A stretch of 64,000 nucleotides of DNA from the human T2T-CHM13v2.0 reference genome, Homo sapiens. How positions within the stretch are numbered: position 1 is the stretch's first letter; every line of letters starts with the position of its first letter. The DNA lies in the NCBI RefSeq assembly GCF_009914755.1, contig NC_060930.1; one strand, written 5' to 3'. Both the position numbers and the translations under genes were made by a program. A model generated the notes under the pieces. The model was not told the DNA's origin. It was given only the letters and a program-made list of their open reading frames with translations, and did no database searches. Below are positions 1-16,900 of this stretch, piece after piece.

Positions 1-270
1 GGATCACTGAAACCGCCTTCTCCGAGGCCTCCAGGGTGACTAAAAGAAAGGGTGCGTGTTCTGTGTTCTCCCGCCGGTGTGTTCCTCTTCATGTCCAGCC
101 GCTTGTGTCTGTGCCCGCTAGGGTCTCGGGAGTTTTTATAGGCACAGGATGGGGGCGTGGCGGGTCAGGGTGGTCTTGGGAAATGCAACGTTTGGCCGCG
201 GAGGAAGGAGTGCCCGTCCTCACCTAGGTCCATGGGCACAGGCCCGGCGGCGGAGCCCTGCTCCCCTCCC
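1..270 (-). mobile_element. ERV1-class LTR fragment (MER52/LTR1-like), CpG-retaining
   Basis: GTTTTTATAGGCACAGGATGGGGGCGTGGCGGG...GTCCTCACCTAGGTCC resembles the recalled MER52/LTR1 antisense consensus; subfamily and ends approximate. Confidence 0.5.
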
Positions 271-1728
271 TTATCAGTACCGCGGTTAGTGCTCTGCTTT
301 ATGGCCGCGGCAATCTCAGACACTTTCGGAGCGTGTTTTTTTTTTCTTGTCCTTTCGCTCCCCTTTTCGGGCGCCAGCTTTCAAACCAGACCAAAGGTGT
401 GCTTTCCCCCATTATCTCCCAGCCTTCTTTCCTTTTCGCCTCTACTCAAGGCTGTGTCCACAATTAAGCTCTCAGGAGGAGGAGGCCTCCAGCTGCCTCA
501 AGGAAGGGCATTTCTCGCAGTGCAAAGTGCGGAAGAGGGGAGCCATACCGACTGAAATCTTAACCAGAGTCGGTTTGCATAGAGGCTGCAATGGATAGAA
601 TCTCAGAAGTGAGGCGGAAAGACAGGCCAGCCCTGCGAAAGATGGATTGGAGAGAGGTGAGAATCTAGTTCAAAAGCCGGGAGAAGGAACAGGACATTAG
701 CACAGTAGTCTAGGCAGAGAGCTGGACCATCTGTAATACGGCAAGGGGGTTGGTTGAGATTTCCTTTATTCAGTTATTCGAAATGTATCTATTGAGCTAT
801 TTATTAGTCCCTGGGTGCTGTGGGTGTTCCTGCGTATTCAACCACCTTGTCGACGCTGCAGGATGCGGCCCCATTACCCAGGACCCAAAGAACTTCCAAA
901 AATGAATCCCGAGGAACAGCTGTTTCTCTACCGGAGAAGTGGGCAGCCAGGCGGAAACACGCAGGGAAATAGTTCTGTTTGGGACAGAAGGCATCAACCT
1001 CGTAAGACCCAGCGATCAGCAGAGCTCCCGGAGAGTGTTTCTTAATCTAAAGGTCATGAGTCGGGCTTCAAAGTTGTCTTGTCGTGCGTAAAATACCAAT
1101 GGACTTACACCTGTTTCATCGAGAAGGAATACAATGCGAACACAAAGACTGTAATGGAACGTATTTCTCTAAAGTGTCCTTTTCAGATAGAAATACGAGA
1201 GCGTTTTCCTGAGCTTTCTAAAAATGGGGTGGGGTAGGGATCAAATACTCACTTTTGGGAAACATGGGCGAATACAGTGGGAGTCGTGCTGGAAGTTACG
1301 AGCAGAGGAGCCTGGGTGGGGACTTATATTGGCCTTGACGGCCCGTGGAAAGGAACTGGCGGCAATTCCTTCCGTTTTCCGTCAATTTCTTCACGGGTTG
1401 CTCGGAAGCTACGGAAGCAAAGTAGAAAGGAGTGATAGGGACAGGCCACAGTACCGGCGGACGGTGATGGCGTTGCGTTTAAAAGGGTGGTCACTGAAAC
1501 CCTTTGTCATGAAACACTGAAGCAGGTGACATTTGAACTTTCCTTCCGCAGAATTGTATTTTAACTGAAATTTCCAGGTTAGAAGAAATTTGCCGAGGAT
1601 CGTAACCAAGTTAGCAAAGATCGTAGGTTCTTTCCAACTCCAAGAACTTCAGAAAAGTTTCTTTGGTGATTGGAATAACGCTCCCCTTTAAACTCCTCAA
1701 GAGAGGTAGGGTCCGTTCCCCCCGGCGG

Positions 1729-1802
1729 GGCCGGTTAGCTCAGTTGGTTAGAGCGTGGCGCTAATAACGCCAAGGTCGCGGGTTCGATCCCCGTACGGGC
1801 CA
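1729..1802 (+). tRNA. TRI-AAT1-1: tRNA-Ile (AAT)
   Basis: GGCCGGTTAGCTCAGTTGGTTAGAGCGTGGCGCTAATAACGCCAAGGTCGCGGGTTCGATCCCCGTACGGGCCA; 74-nt cloverleaf, A box TAGCTCAGTTGG, B box GGTTCGATCC, anticodon AAT; symbol recalled from memory. Confidence 0.98.
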
Positions 1803-1807
1803 CAGGC

Positions 1808-1811
1808 TTTT
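1808..1811 (+). terminator. Pol III terminator (T4) of tRNA-Ile
   Basis: TTTT 5 nt after the discriminator base. Confidence 0.8.
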
Positions 1812-4716
1812 CTAATGTTTATTTCACAGTAACAATTATGTTTCACAGTAGCAACTGTGGGCAGTGATACAGAAAGTCATGAGAGAACACGAAAGTAAAT
1901 GTATTTGTACCCAGTAATCTTGATGGGACGTAGTCCGCTGAATCGTACGGTTGCGTTTGCAGTTTAGTGTTCCTGCAAGAGCAGATGACGAAGAGAGCTA
2001 AGATTCGAGAAAGAAATTGAAATCCGGGAGGAACGTGAAAAACAGAGGCGAAAACACGGAAATAAGGACCTGGGCTTTTCATTCCTTTACGATTTCCAAA
2101 GCGTACAAATCTTTCTCTGTCGTGACTAACTCCTGATATGGGCTTTCCTAACTGTGCATCTGCTTACTTCCCGCAGACCTGTCCTTGGCTTGTGCAGGGT
2201 AAGTAAAGCCTCTCAAAAACTCCCATTTTTCATTTCTATTTCCTCTCTTTTAGCTTCCCTCACTCAACTCTAGAGATACTGGACTTAAGGAAATGTCCCC
2301 ATAGAACGCTGAGCCTTTCACCTCCTCTTTGCTCGTCTCACGGCTTTGTTAGACACGAAACCATCTTCTGGAAAATGTCTTCCCTGACACCTCTCCTACT
2401 TTTCTGAGTTTGGGTTGCTTTCCTCCTAGCACTCACGGAGATCCAGGTACGCATTTGTTTTAGCGGCATTCACCATGTTGGGATTGTCTGTTGCTTGGCC
2501 ATCTTCTCCATGAGATCATAAGCTTCTTGGGGGTAGGATGCTTATTGCTAAATACTTTTAAAAGTCTGCATGTATCAATGAAGAGTGAAGGATAGGTGTG
2601 CAGGCATGATGGAAAGAGTGTCTTGTGGTCCAAATGGGCTTCACGGGTCTGTAGAATCCATGCTATCGCAACATAGTGCATTTTGGTCAGACGAACAATA
2701 GGCTACACTATATGGTGATTGGCTCCATTTCACTGAACGTACCTCTAAGGCTCTGAGTGGCTCTATATGCCCCCCAGGATTGGATAGTGGTAAACGACAG
2801 AGCATGCGCAATAGATCCAAAGTCAGGAAAGGTCTGAAATGTTTAACTTTGCTGAGGCGAGAGACAGGAATGAACCCTCTCCCGCGATGGGAATTTCTAC
2901 TCCACTGATCCATAGTAAATAAAACAGTGAGCCAATGCACCTCAAACCTCTATTTTCTATTACATTAATGTGATTGGTTTTGACATTTTCAAAATTCAAG
3001 TGATCAGAATGATTTAGAACTAATGTTTACAAAGCTATAATTTAGGAAATCCTTAGCTGTAAGCAGACACACCTACACAGAATAAAGAGAGTGATATGCC
3101 CTTTACTTCAGTGTCATTTATAACACTGGGGTAATAATACTTGGGGAAGCTGAAAAACTATATTGACCGACTTACGTAAAAATTAAGAAACATTCAGTAT
3201 AATTTCTAGCACATAGTGCTGAAAACCTCCTTGTATGTGGAATATTGTTCACCTTTAAGGAAAATGCTTTCAAGGTCTGAGGAGAGATAGTAACGCATTT
3301 CTGTTGCTACTGGCTGTTTTGCTCATGTAGTTGTAGCAACAAGCTTCTGTGAACATAAAAATGAAATAACGCTTAAAAAATAAAATAGATGGTGGAGGAA
3401 CACAATAGGGATGCAAAGTAAGGTATGATTTTCTAGGCAAAAATTGAGTTGTACAAAATAATGTAGTAAAGGATTTGTGCCTGATTCTTTTTTGTATTCC
3501 CTTTGAAGCTTATTTAGCTTATATTCCAAGGCCTCAATTGTCATCCTTCTCCCAACAAGACTGTTTCTCTGTACCACGAACATTCCGGTCAGATTCTCTG
3601 CTTAAGCGTCTTGACCTCTTGAGCACTCATCTTTGTACTGAGACCCCGATATATGCCCAAATTATGCCCTTCCATAGGAGGGTTTCTTGTTTTGCCCAAA
3701 GAGCAATCAATTTTTCAAGCAATTTAGGGCTCTTTCCTCACTCGGGGTCTATGTGAAACCTTAGAGGGAAGCCTGTTCTTTCCAGGAAGAGAATCCCGGT
3801 GGGTTCTAACCTCAACCTGTAAATCCACTAAGCAAGCTCCTTCTGAACACCTATGATGCAAGCTCAATCCAAGAGGCCAGCACTCCGCAAGGGGAAGGCA
3901 ACCAAAGCAATAGGTAATGCTTACTGAGCAGTTCTTATTGATCAGATCCCTCTCTAGGTGCTGGGATCCAGCCAGATTATCCCACAGTCCTCATTTCCCA
4001 CGTGAAGAAAGATGATTGAAGGAAGGAGCAGGAGTGGGGAGTGGGGAGGGGGTGGAGGGTGGGTAAAGGATGTCTTCAATGTGACAACTTCTCAGATTCC
4101 TCTCCTAAAAGCTTCTGAATGGGCCATCTCCACACTCCCAAGTCCCTTACTGCCTATGGATTCCTTCCCAGTAGACATTGTCGCATAACATCTTATGTAT
4201 TTTTCTTGTTTGCTTCTGATCTGTTTCTCCTCACCCCTATCAACTAGAAAGTAGCTTCGCAAAGGTGAAGAATATATGCGTTTTTTCACTGTTGAATGGC
4301 TGTACCCCGAACAGTCTCTTAACAAGATACGTGCTCGAGAAATACATGTAGGATAAAAGAATAAATGACTTCACCCACTCACCTCATAATTACAACTGGG
4401 TAACCTTGAGAGCAGAAAGCTCGACAAAAAATTTCCCGTTTCTTCCATCAGCTAGTGAGAAAGACCAATTATATGATATAGCTTGCAGTTTCTTCTGTAA
4501 TCTATATCCCTTTACCACTCATTTTACTCAAACCACTGACAAGCCAAAAAACAAACAAACAAACAAACAAACAAAAAAAAACCCAAAAAACCTAAATGAC
4601 TTTTCCATTCTAAGCTAATGTTGAGTCAGCCTTCAAACTGTTATCTCATAGCATTTGCATTTCATTATTTAGTGCACCCATTTTGTTTCCCTCAACTGAA
4701 ATAGCAGCAAAAACTG

Positions 4717-4789
4717 TATCCTCTCTGATGTTCAAACTCCAAACCTTTAGATTATGAGATTGATGTGTGGCCTGCTGCAGAAAGAGGGC
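4717..4789 (-). pseudogene. tRNA-Met (CAT) pseudogene
   Basis: Reverse complement GCCCTCTTTCTGCAGCAGGCCACACATCAATCTCATAATCTAAAGGTTTGGAGTTTGAACATCAGAGAGGATA; ungapped 73-nt alignment to Met at 20973; A/B boxes and stems broken. Confidence 0.85.
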
Positions 4790-5959
4790 AGTTCTCACCC
4801 AAGAGTTGACATCCCACATGCTATTTTCCCAAGCACTGCTGCTTTATCAGTTCTTAACTTTCAAAGAACACAATCAATGGTGCTTGGAAATCACTCTTTA
4901 TCAGCCATTCCTGCACCCAAAGAATTTTATCCTCAGGACAGGTGGAATCTACCCATTTCTAGTATTCATCTAACAAGACGACCATCTTGAGGCAAGAGGC
5001 CAAGAACAATTGTACCTGTTTTGCTGACTTTTTCCCTCTTGTGGCCCAGTGATCTGACTTCTCCCTCCTTCAGAGATCTTAATCACTCTCACACCTCCTA
5101 TGGTGTCCTTTTTTGAAAAGACACACAGGACATGTTCAGTCCATAATAGTTCACTGACTGACCAACTGAACGAATGAAGGAATGAAAAAATAGTCTTTAA
5201 AGGTGTCTCCTGTCCATACTACTGTGTCTTACTCTCTATCTCCACTTGCATCTACACGACTGGAGACAATCCTGCTACAAAAAGTGTAAAGCAAATCTTG
5301 TATGCCATTAATTACACTAAGAGATTTATTGAATTTACTTCATGTAGTCCAATAGAGTTTCACCAACAAAACTATGTGTCCTAATCTGCACTTTCTAGAA
5401 GTAATGGAACCTCAGATAAGTTTTGTTTCCAAGGTGCCAGAGCTGCTAAGTGTCAAAGCTTGAACTGAGAAGATGTTTTAGATTTTAAAACGTGATTCTT
5501 TCTCTGCTCCAGTTCACAATCTTACTCCCTACTCCTCTCCACAGCACCCCATTCATTCAAACACCAAATATCTCATTCCCCAAATCTTGGGCTTTGTTTC
5601 CAAGTCAACTTTTGACACATTTTTCTCCTTCAAACACCACATCCAGTGATTTGTCAAATAGTAAACATTATTCCTGCACAACATTTTTGAACCTGTCAAT
5701 TCCTTTCCATTGATTCAGTACACATTCACAGGGAAGATGCTTTGTGCCAGATACTGTAGTAAGTTCAGGAGATTCTAAAGATTCAAGCGGCCCAGACCTC
5801 AAGAGAAGGCAGGACAAATATGGAGAAGGGAAGATCCACGTCCAGTTTTACGATTTCAGTCTCCGTGTCATGTCATTTACAGCTAAATAACCCTTTCAAA
5901 AATGTCAGTTTCAATATATCACTCTTTTGCACTCTGAACATTCCTGATTTCCTAGTTAT

Positions 5960-8700
<2,741 letters not shown>

Positions 8701-8924
8701 TCAAAGAAACAGAAAACTAATTACACACTGATAGATCTATACTATACCACATACCAGTAGAATCTTAGTCAAGCCTGTATTGTTGCTGCCCTTACATAAT
8801 GAGCCAAAGAAGTGTCCAGGCTGCTACTGAGATCAGTGTCTAACCTACTGTTTTCTGAGATCAGTGTCTAACACATATTTTTTTCCACTGTAACCTGGAG
8901 ACCTGAGGTCCGACTAGTGAAACC

Positions 8925-8997
8925 TGGAGAATGTGGGCATCAATCCCACTACCTCTCACATGCTAAGCGAGCACTCGACCACTTGAGCTACTTCTTC
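8925..8997 (-). pseudogene. tRNA-Ala (AGC) pseudogene
   Basis: Reverse complement GAAGAAGTAGCTCAAGTGGTCGAGTGCTCGCTTAGCATGTGAGAGGTAGTGGGATTGATGCCCACATTCTCCA; acceptor stem mismatched, G3:U70 lost, C56 mutated. Confidence 0.92.
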
Positions 8998-9397
8998 ATC
9001 TCACAGCATCTTTTTTCATCCTTAGTGGGCAGTCTAGAACACACGCGACTTCAAGGCCTTCACCGCGAAAGCAGGGCTCCACTAAGAGCAGATCTTCTCA
9101 TTGATGGCCCAGGGCAAGAGTGCAGTGGGTACTTATTCTCTGTGAGGAGGGAGGAGAAAAGGGAACAAGGAGAAAGTCACAAAGGGAAAACTCTGGTGTT
9201 GCCAAAATGTCAAGTTTCACATATTCCGAGACGGAAAATGACATGTCCCACAGAAGGACCCTGCCCAGCTAATGTGTCACAGATATCTCAGGATGCTTAA
9301 ATGATTTTTTTAAAAGAAAAGAGATGGCATTGTCACTTGTTTCTTGTAGCTGAGGCTGTGGGATGATGCAGATTTCTGGAAGGCAAAGAGCTCCTGC

Positions 9398-9460
9398 TTT
9401 TTCCACACCGAGGGACTTTCAGGAATGAGGCCAGGGTGCTGAGCACTACACCAGGAAATC
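9398..9460 (-). pseudogene. Highly decayed tRNA-Val relic
   Basis: Reverse complement ATTTCCTGGTGTAGTGCTCAGCACCCTGGCCTCATTCCTGAAAGTCCC; same position in the unit as the clear Val relic at 24925. Confidence 0.55.
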
Positions 9461-9753
9461 CCTGGAGAGTGTTTTTCTTACTTACATCTGAGACATGTGT
9501 TGTCTTCTTGCTAAGGTGTGTCATGTAAAAGTTACATATCCAACTGCATGGCAGAACAATAATAACAAAAAAATGCAGATAAGAGGCATAAAGAATAAGA
9601 GACAAAGATCATATCAGAGTGAAAGAATAAAGAAAACACATTCAGCAATGCAGAGAAAGAGTGGACATAGGGTGGAGAAAACCTAGGGTAGGTATAGGGT
9701 GGAATGTTTGTAGGAATTCCTGTGTAAAGAAATATGCCTGTTCAATTTAAGTG

Positions 9754-9755
<2 letters not shown>

Positions 9756-9789
<34 letters not shown>
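9756..9789 (+). repeat. (TG)n microsatellite (paralogs at 18012-18047, 40807-40826)
   Basis: Direct read. Confidence 0.95.
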
Positions 9790-9795
<6 letters not shown>

Positions 9796-11929
9796 TACAC
9801 AGAGGGAAGTAGTGATTGAAAAGCCTGGATGCTTGGAGATATGTTGGGAGAATATTATAAAAGCTAAAGACTCATTGAAAAAATTCCAGGTAGAAAAGCA
9901 GCATTTTAGGGAAAGGTTTTTAGTTTTAAATGTTAAAGAACTTGAAAACGGAAAAACTGGATCTGGGGAGAAAGAGAAAGAAGTCATAAAGATATTAAAG
10001 GATTGAGATTTATCCACATTGACTGTGTCAGTTCCTGAGGTGAACAGCATGAGTCTTTCTGCAGCTTCAATCCCCTTCACACTTCATGGTGAAGAAAACA
10101 TCCTCCATGAACATCATAGCATGGATAAAGAAGGAGGTGAGTAAAACAGAAGAAAAAGATTCTGCAGAGTTTATGCAGGAAGGATCTACAGTATTTGTCA
10201 AGACATTGGGTGGAGAGATTTGAGGGAGAGGAGACAAAGGCACTGGCAAGTCTTGAGCCCGGTGTGGCAGACACAGAAGAGATTTTGAATTCATATCTGA
10301 TCGATGCAAGAATAAATCCACTCATTTATCTGTATTTGGTAAATGAGTGAATGTTACATTCGTGAGCTGGTGTGAAGAAAACAGATAAGACTATGTGCTA
10401 GACTAAAGCAAGAGCTTATGATTTTTTCATTGAGAAAGAAATCTGCTTTTCATATCTGGTTTCCCTCTTTAAAGTTATGTGATCTAAGGAAAATGGTTTA
10501 ACTGCTCTGAGCTTCAGTGTCATCTGTAACACTAGGGTAATAATACTTGGGGAAGCTGAAAAACTATATTGACCAACTTACATAAAAATTAATAAACAGT
10601 CAGTATAGTTTCTAGCACATAGAGCTGAAAAATTCTTGAACGTGGAGTATTGTTCACCTATAAGGAAGATGTTCTGAAGGTCTAAGGAGAGAGATCAGTG
10701 CAGTTTTGTTGCCATTGGCTGATTTGCTCATTTATTTTGTAGCAATAAGCTTCTGTGATGATAAAAATGAAATAAAGTTTAAAAAGTAAAATAGATGGTG
10801 GAGAAACACAATAGGGATGCATAGTAAGGCATGATTTTCTAGGCAAAATGGATTTGTACAAAAGAATGTAGTAGTAAAGGATTTGTGCCTGATTCTTGTA
10901 TTATTTTTGAATCTCATTTAGCCTGTATTCTAATTCCCCAATTGCTGTGATCCTTCTCCCAACAAGATTATTTCTTTGCACCGTGAACATTCTGGTGAGA
11001 TTCTCTGCTTAACCATCTTGACCACGTGAGCACTCATCTTTGTACTGAGACCCTGATATATGCCCAAATGATGCCCTTCCATAGTGGCGCTTCTTGCTTT
11101 GCCCAAAGAGCATTCAATTTTTCAAGCCATTTAGGGGTCTTTCCTCACCCGGGGTCTATATGAAACCTTAGAGGGAAGGCTGTTCTCTCCAGGAAGAGAA
11201 TCCTGGTGAGTTCTAACCTCAACCTGTAAATCCACTAAGCAAGTTCCTACTGAACATGTATGATGCAAGCTCAATCCAAGAGGCCAGGGAGAAGGCAACC
11301 AAAGCAGTAGGTAATGCTTACTGAGCAGTTCCTATTGCCCAGATCCAGCTCTAGGTGCTGAGATCCAGCCAGAGAATCCTAGAGTCCTCATTTCCCATGT
11401 AAAGAAAGACTATTGGAAGAAAGGGAAGCTAAATGATATCTTCAAGGTGACAACTTCCCTGATTCTTCTCCTGAAAAGTGAATGTGTCACCTCCACACTG
11501 CCGAGTCCTTTACTGCCTAGTGACTCCCTCCCAGTAGATAACATCACATGACTTCTTGTTTATTTTTCTTTTTTGCTTCTGTCTCTTTCTCCCCACTCCC
11601 CCCAAAATTGACGTAGTATCACAAAGGTGAGAATATCTGTATTTTATTCACTGCGAATTGCTATACCCAAAACAGTCTCTTAACAAGATATGTGTTGAGA
11701 ACTATCTGTTGGATGATTAAAAGAATAAAAGACTTCACCCACCCCACCCCATAATTATGTTTGGATGACCTTCAGAGCAGGCAATTGGAAGAGAAATTTC
11801 CCCTGCCTCCCCTGTCAGCTAGAGAGGCAGACATATGACATAGCTTGCAGTTTCTGGTGTAATTTATATGTCTTCACCACGCCTTGTACTCAAGCGACTG
11901 AGAAGCCAAAAGAAGGAAAAAATAAATAA

Positions 11930-11973
11930 AGACAGAAAGAGAAAGGAAAGGAAAGAAGGAAGGAAGGAAGGAA

Positions 11974-12011
<38 letters not shown>

Positions 12012-12021
12012 AGAAAAGAAA
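11930..12021 (+). repeat. (GGAA)n/(GAAA)n polypurine microsatellite
   Basis: Direct read; paralog at 44215-44333. Confidence 0.95.
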
Positions 12022-12143
12022 ACTCACTTTTAAATTTTAAGCTAATATTTGGTCTGTCTTGAAATCATTATCTCATAGCATTTGTGTTCCATTATTTATC
12101 ACACCTATTTCATTTCTCTTAATGGAAATAGCGGCATAAGCTG

Positions 12144-12216
12144 TGCCTTGTCTCATGTTCAAACTCAGGACCTTCAGAATATGAGATTGACAGGTGGCCT
12201 GCTGCTCTAAGAGAGC
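12144..12216 (-). pseudogene. tRNA-Met (CAT) pseudogene
   Basis: Reverse complement GCTCTCTTAGAGCAGCAGGCCACCTGTCAATCTCATATTCTGAAGGTCCTGAGTTTGAACATGAGACAAGGCA; 73-nt alignment to Met; stems disrupted. Confidence 0.87.
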
Positions 12217-12835
12217 AACTGTTCCTAAGAGGTGACATCCAGATTATTAAATCTCATTTCCCACGCACTGCTGCTTTATCAATTCCTAGCTTTTAAAGAA
12301 CACAATCAATGCTACTTGGAAATCACTCCTTATCAGTCAATGCTGCACTGGAAGAATTCCCCACTCAGGACAGGTGGAGTCCACCCATTTCCAGTATTCA
12401 CATAATGATAGGACCTTCTGGCTTGAGGGACCAGAAACAATTGTACCTGTCTTGCTGCTTTTTTTCCTCCTGTGGCCCAGTCATCTAGCTTTTCCCTTCT
12501 TCAGAGATCTTAGTCACTCTTCCTTTCCGTAGTCTCCTTTGTTGATAAGAAACAGAGGTAGTGCTCAATTCATGATAGTTCATTGAGTGACCAACTGAAT
12601 GAATGAAGGAAGAAATAGCCTTCCAAGATGTCTGCCATTCATACTACTCTTACTGTGTATCTACACTTGCATCTATAGGACTGCAGACATTCACTCAACA
12701 AAAAATACAAACTGAACTTTTAATCATATCCTCCCTGTTTTTCCTCATATTTTTGTGCCATGAATTATACTAGGAGACTTAGGGAGTTTACTTGATGTAG
12801 TCTGATTGACTTTTGCCAACAAAATTATGCCTTAG

Positions 12836-13199
<364 letters not shown>

Positions 13200-13410
13200 A
13201 AGTGTTTTTTTTTTTTTTTTTTAAGGTGCCAAAGCTGCTAAGTGGGAAAGCCCGAATTGAGAAGCAGATATTTTTAGATTTTGCATGTGATTTTTTTCCC
13301 TCTGCTCCAGCTCACGGTTATTCTGCCCATTCTTTTGCACTTTAGCTCATGCACTCATACACCAAATATGTAATTCCAGACCTCCTCTTTACTTACCTTT
13401 TGGGCTTAAC

Positions 13411-13710
13411 TTTTTTAAAATTTTTTTTAAAAACTTTTTTTGAGTTAGAGTCTCACTCTGTTGCCCAGGCTGCAGTGTAGTGGCACAATCTTGGCTCACT
13501 GCAACCTCTGCCTCCTGGGTTCAAGTGATTCTTCTGCCTCAGCCTCCTGAGTAGCTAGGACTACAGGTGCCCTGCTAATTTTTGAATTTTTAGTAGAGAC
13601 GGGGTTCCACCATGTTGGCCAGGCTGGTCTCAAACTCCTGACCTCAGGTGATCCGCCTGCCTTGGTCTCCCAAAGTGCTGGGATTACAGGTGCGAGCCAC
13701 TGCGCCCGGC
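13411..13710 (-). mobile_element. AluS (shared with 36268 and 45387 copies)
   Basis: Antisense Alu flanked by TGGGCTTAACTTTT duplication. Confidence 0.93.
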
Positions 13711-13721
13711 CTGGGCTTAAC

Positions 13722-14071
<350 letters not shown>

Positions 14072-14449
14072 TGATTCATTGTCTTCCATCAAACACCACA
14101 TTCAATGATTTGCCAAATAATGAACATTATTCTTGCACAACTCTTTTGAATCTATCAATTACTTTCCACTCATTTAGTACATATTCACTGGGGAGATGCT
14201 CTGTGCCAGACACTATAGTAGGATCAGGTAATTCAGAGGAAGTATAGACACCCTAGACCTCAAAAGAAGACAAGATAAATATAGATGAGGGAAGATCCAC
14301 CTCCAGATTCACAATTTTCAGTCTTTCTGTCATTTCCAGCTAAATAATGCCTTCAAAACTCTTTCAAAATAACTAAGTCACTATTTCAAACTCTTTCAAT
14401 AATAGCACCCTTCTATATGATGGACCACTCTTAATTTCCTGGTTATAAC

Positions 14450-16900
14450 ATGATCTTACTTTTCTTTTAATTTTTGTCTTTGCTTTCTGGCTAAATTTTT
14501 ATTTTGCGTTATGAAGTTGATCAGATCCATTGGTGGATGGTGTGGTTCAGTTCTCCAATATGTTGGCTGATTTGTTGTCTACTAAGTCTACCAATGACTG
14601 AGAGAGGAGTTTTAGTGTCTTCAACTAAAATTGGATATTTCTATTTTTACCTGGCTTATCTAATTTTGTTTATGAGTTTTGAAAATCTGTGTCCTCATAT
14701 ACATTTGGAACAGTATTCCCTGGAGAATGGACAATCATAATTATTTAGCAGCCTTCATTATTCCTGAAAAGTTTCTCTGCTTTCAAATCTACTTTGTCTG
14801 ATTTTAATGTATACACCACAGCTGTCTTTGATTAATGCTTGCATGAGGTATCTTTCCCACTCTTTTCCTTCAATCTGCTATATAACTTTTATTCTGATAT
14901 ATAAGTGTATTGCAGGTGGCTTTCTTACAGTCTGCATATTTACTTTTAATACATTCTGATGATCTCTAGTTTTTAATTAAGGATTTAGATCATTTACGTG
15001 TAATGTTAATATAGATAAGTTTTTAGATAGATCTATTTAATAATGTATTAACCTTTGTTCCCTTTGTTTTAATTCTTCTATGTTCCTCTGTCTATCTTGT
15101 TTTGGTTTATTTCAATCTGGTTAGTAAGTGGTCTAGGGATTACCATATACATATATAACTTTTCACAGTATACTTAGAATCAATATTTTACCATTCAAGT
15201 TGAATATAGAAACTTCATCAAGAGTTAGGTCCATTACACTTACCCTTTTATCTTATCTATGTAGTACATCTCGATACAATGACAACTGCTTCTGATAAAG
15301 TTACAATTTTGGCTTTCAATCATCAAACATACCTTAAGGAACTCAAGAGAAGAAGAACAGTCTGTTATGTCTACCCAGACATTTTCTATTTCTGCTTTCG
15401 TTCCTTCATTGATGATGTTCTAAGTTTCCTTCTGGTATCACTTTTCTTATCTCAAATCTTTGCTAACTCTTTTCCAGCATTCTTGCTATGAATGAGAATG
15501 TATTGACTTACCTTCCAATGAGAATGCGTTTATTTGCCTTTATGTCTGAAAGATACTTTTGCTCCACATAGCATTCTGGGTTGATAGGTCTTTTTCTTTT
15601 GTTACTTACTGAATATTATGACATTTTTTTCTGGCCGCTATGGTTCCTGATGAGAAATCTACACTCATTCATATGGTAGTTTCTTTTTCATTTTCCTTTG
15701 ACTGCTTTCAAGATTGTTTTGTACTTTCCTCGTTTTCAGCAGTTTGATTATGATATGTCTTGAAATGGGTTGGGTTTCTTTGGGTTTATCCTGCTTGACC
15801 TTTGCTGAACTTTAAAAACTTGATTTATATCTTTTGACAAATTTGATACATTTTCAGCCATTAATTCTTCAAAGTTTTATCCCACAAAGACCTTTTTGTC
15901 CTCTTCTTTTCAGATTACAATAATGTGAATGTTAGATTTGCTATTTTTTATTTGTCCCTGTGCCTCTGTTCATTTACAGAAATACTCCTTTCTCTCTATA
16001 GCTCAGATTATGTAGGTATTCTTGTTCTGTTTTCAAGTTCGTTGACATTTTCTTAGTCATCTGCATTCTGTTATTGAGATCATCCAGTTAAGCTTTTTAT
16101 TTCCCCTAAGAGTTTTGGTTAATACATTTTTTTAAATTTTTAAGCTTAAAATTGGTGTTTATATATTCCAGATATTTGCTGAGACTTTCCAACTTCCCAT
16201 TCACTTCATGAATGTTATCCCCTAATTCTAGGAGCATTGTTATCATAACTGCTCTACTCTATGCCTCAGATGATTTTGACATCTGTGTCCTCTCAGTATT
16301 GCTATTCGAGGAGTCTCTTTGCCATGTGAATGAAGATCTCCCTGGTTTTTCATAATGCTGAATATTTTGGGGCTTGTAACCTGGACTTCTTTGGATTATG
16401 TGATGAGACGCTGTGTTTTGTTGAAATCTTAAGAATAATATTGCTATTTTTATCTTTGCAGGCACAAAATTGCCTTGTATTCAAGTTCCAAGTACCAACC
16501 AGCCTTCCACGTGTTGTTGTTTCAAAGATAACTCTATTTGCAAAGCCTTTACGCTACTGTTCAGAGATTTCCGGAGTGTGTGCAACTTCAGTGAGGACTG
16601 GAAAGTGGGCCATTGCGCAGTTCAGCTCTCAGGCTCTTTGTAGGTAAGCTGTTTGGGATTAGAGCCACTTATTCACAGCTGGCAGGTGTGTCCACAATCT
16701 CATGAACAACTTTATGGGTTTGCTTTCTACAGTATCTGTCCAGGCACATTCTAGTTACTTGACACATCCTGGTTTCAGTCCCCTGAGCAGAAAGCCGAGG
16801 CTGTGTTTACCCAGGTGGCTCTGCCCTGCACGTTTCACGATTGTCTGACGTTTAGGACCAAGCTTCAGGCAGAAACAGGGAGAAAAGAGCAGTTTTATAT
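14450..16900 (-). mobile_element. Old L1M fragments (unit copy)
   Basis: Paralog of 5960-8700. Confidence 0.65.

Larger units (their letters stand above)
1..2100. promoter_or_regulatory. CpG-retaining region around tRNA-Ile
   Basis: Frequent CG dinucleotides compared with the strongly CpG-depleted bulk of the window. Confidence 0.6.
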
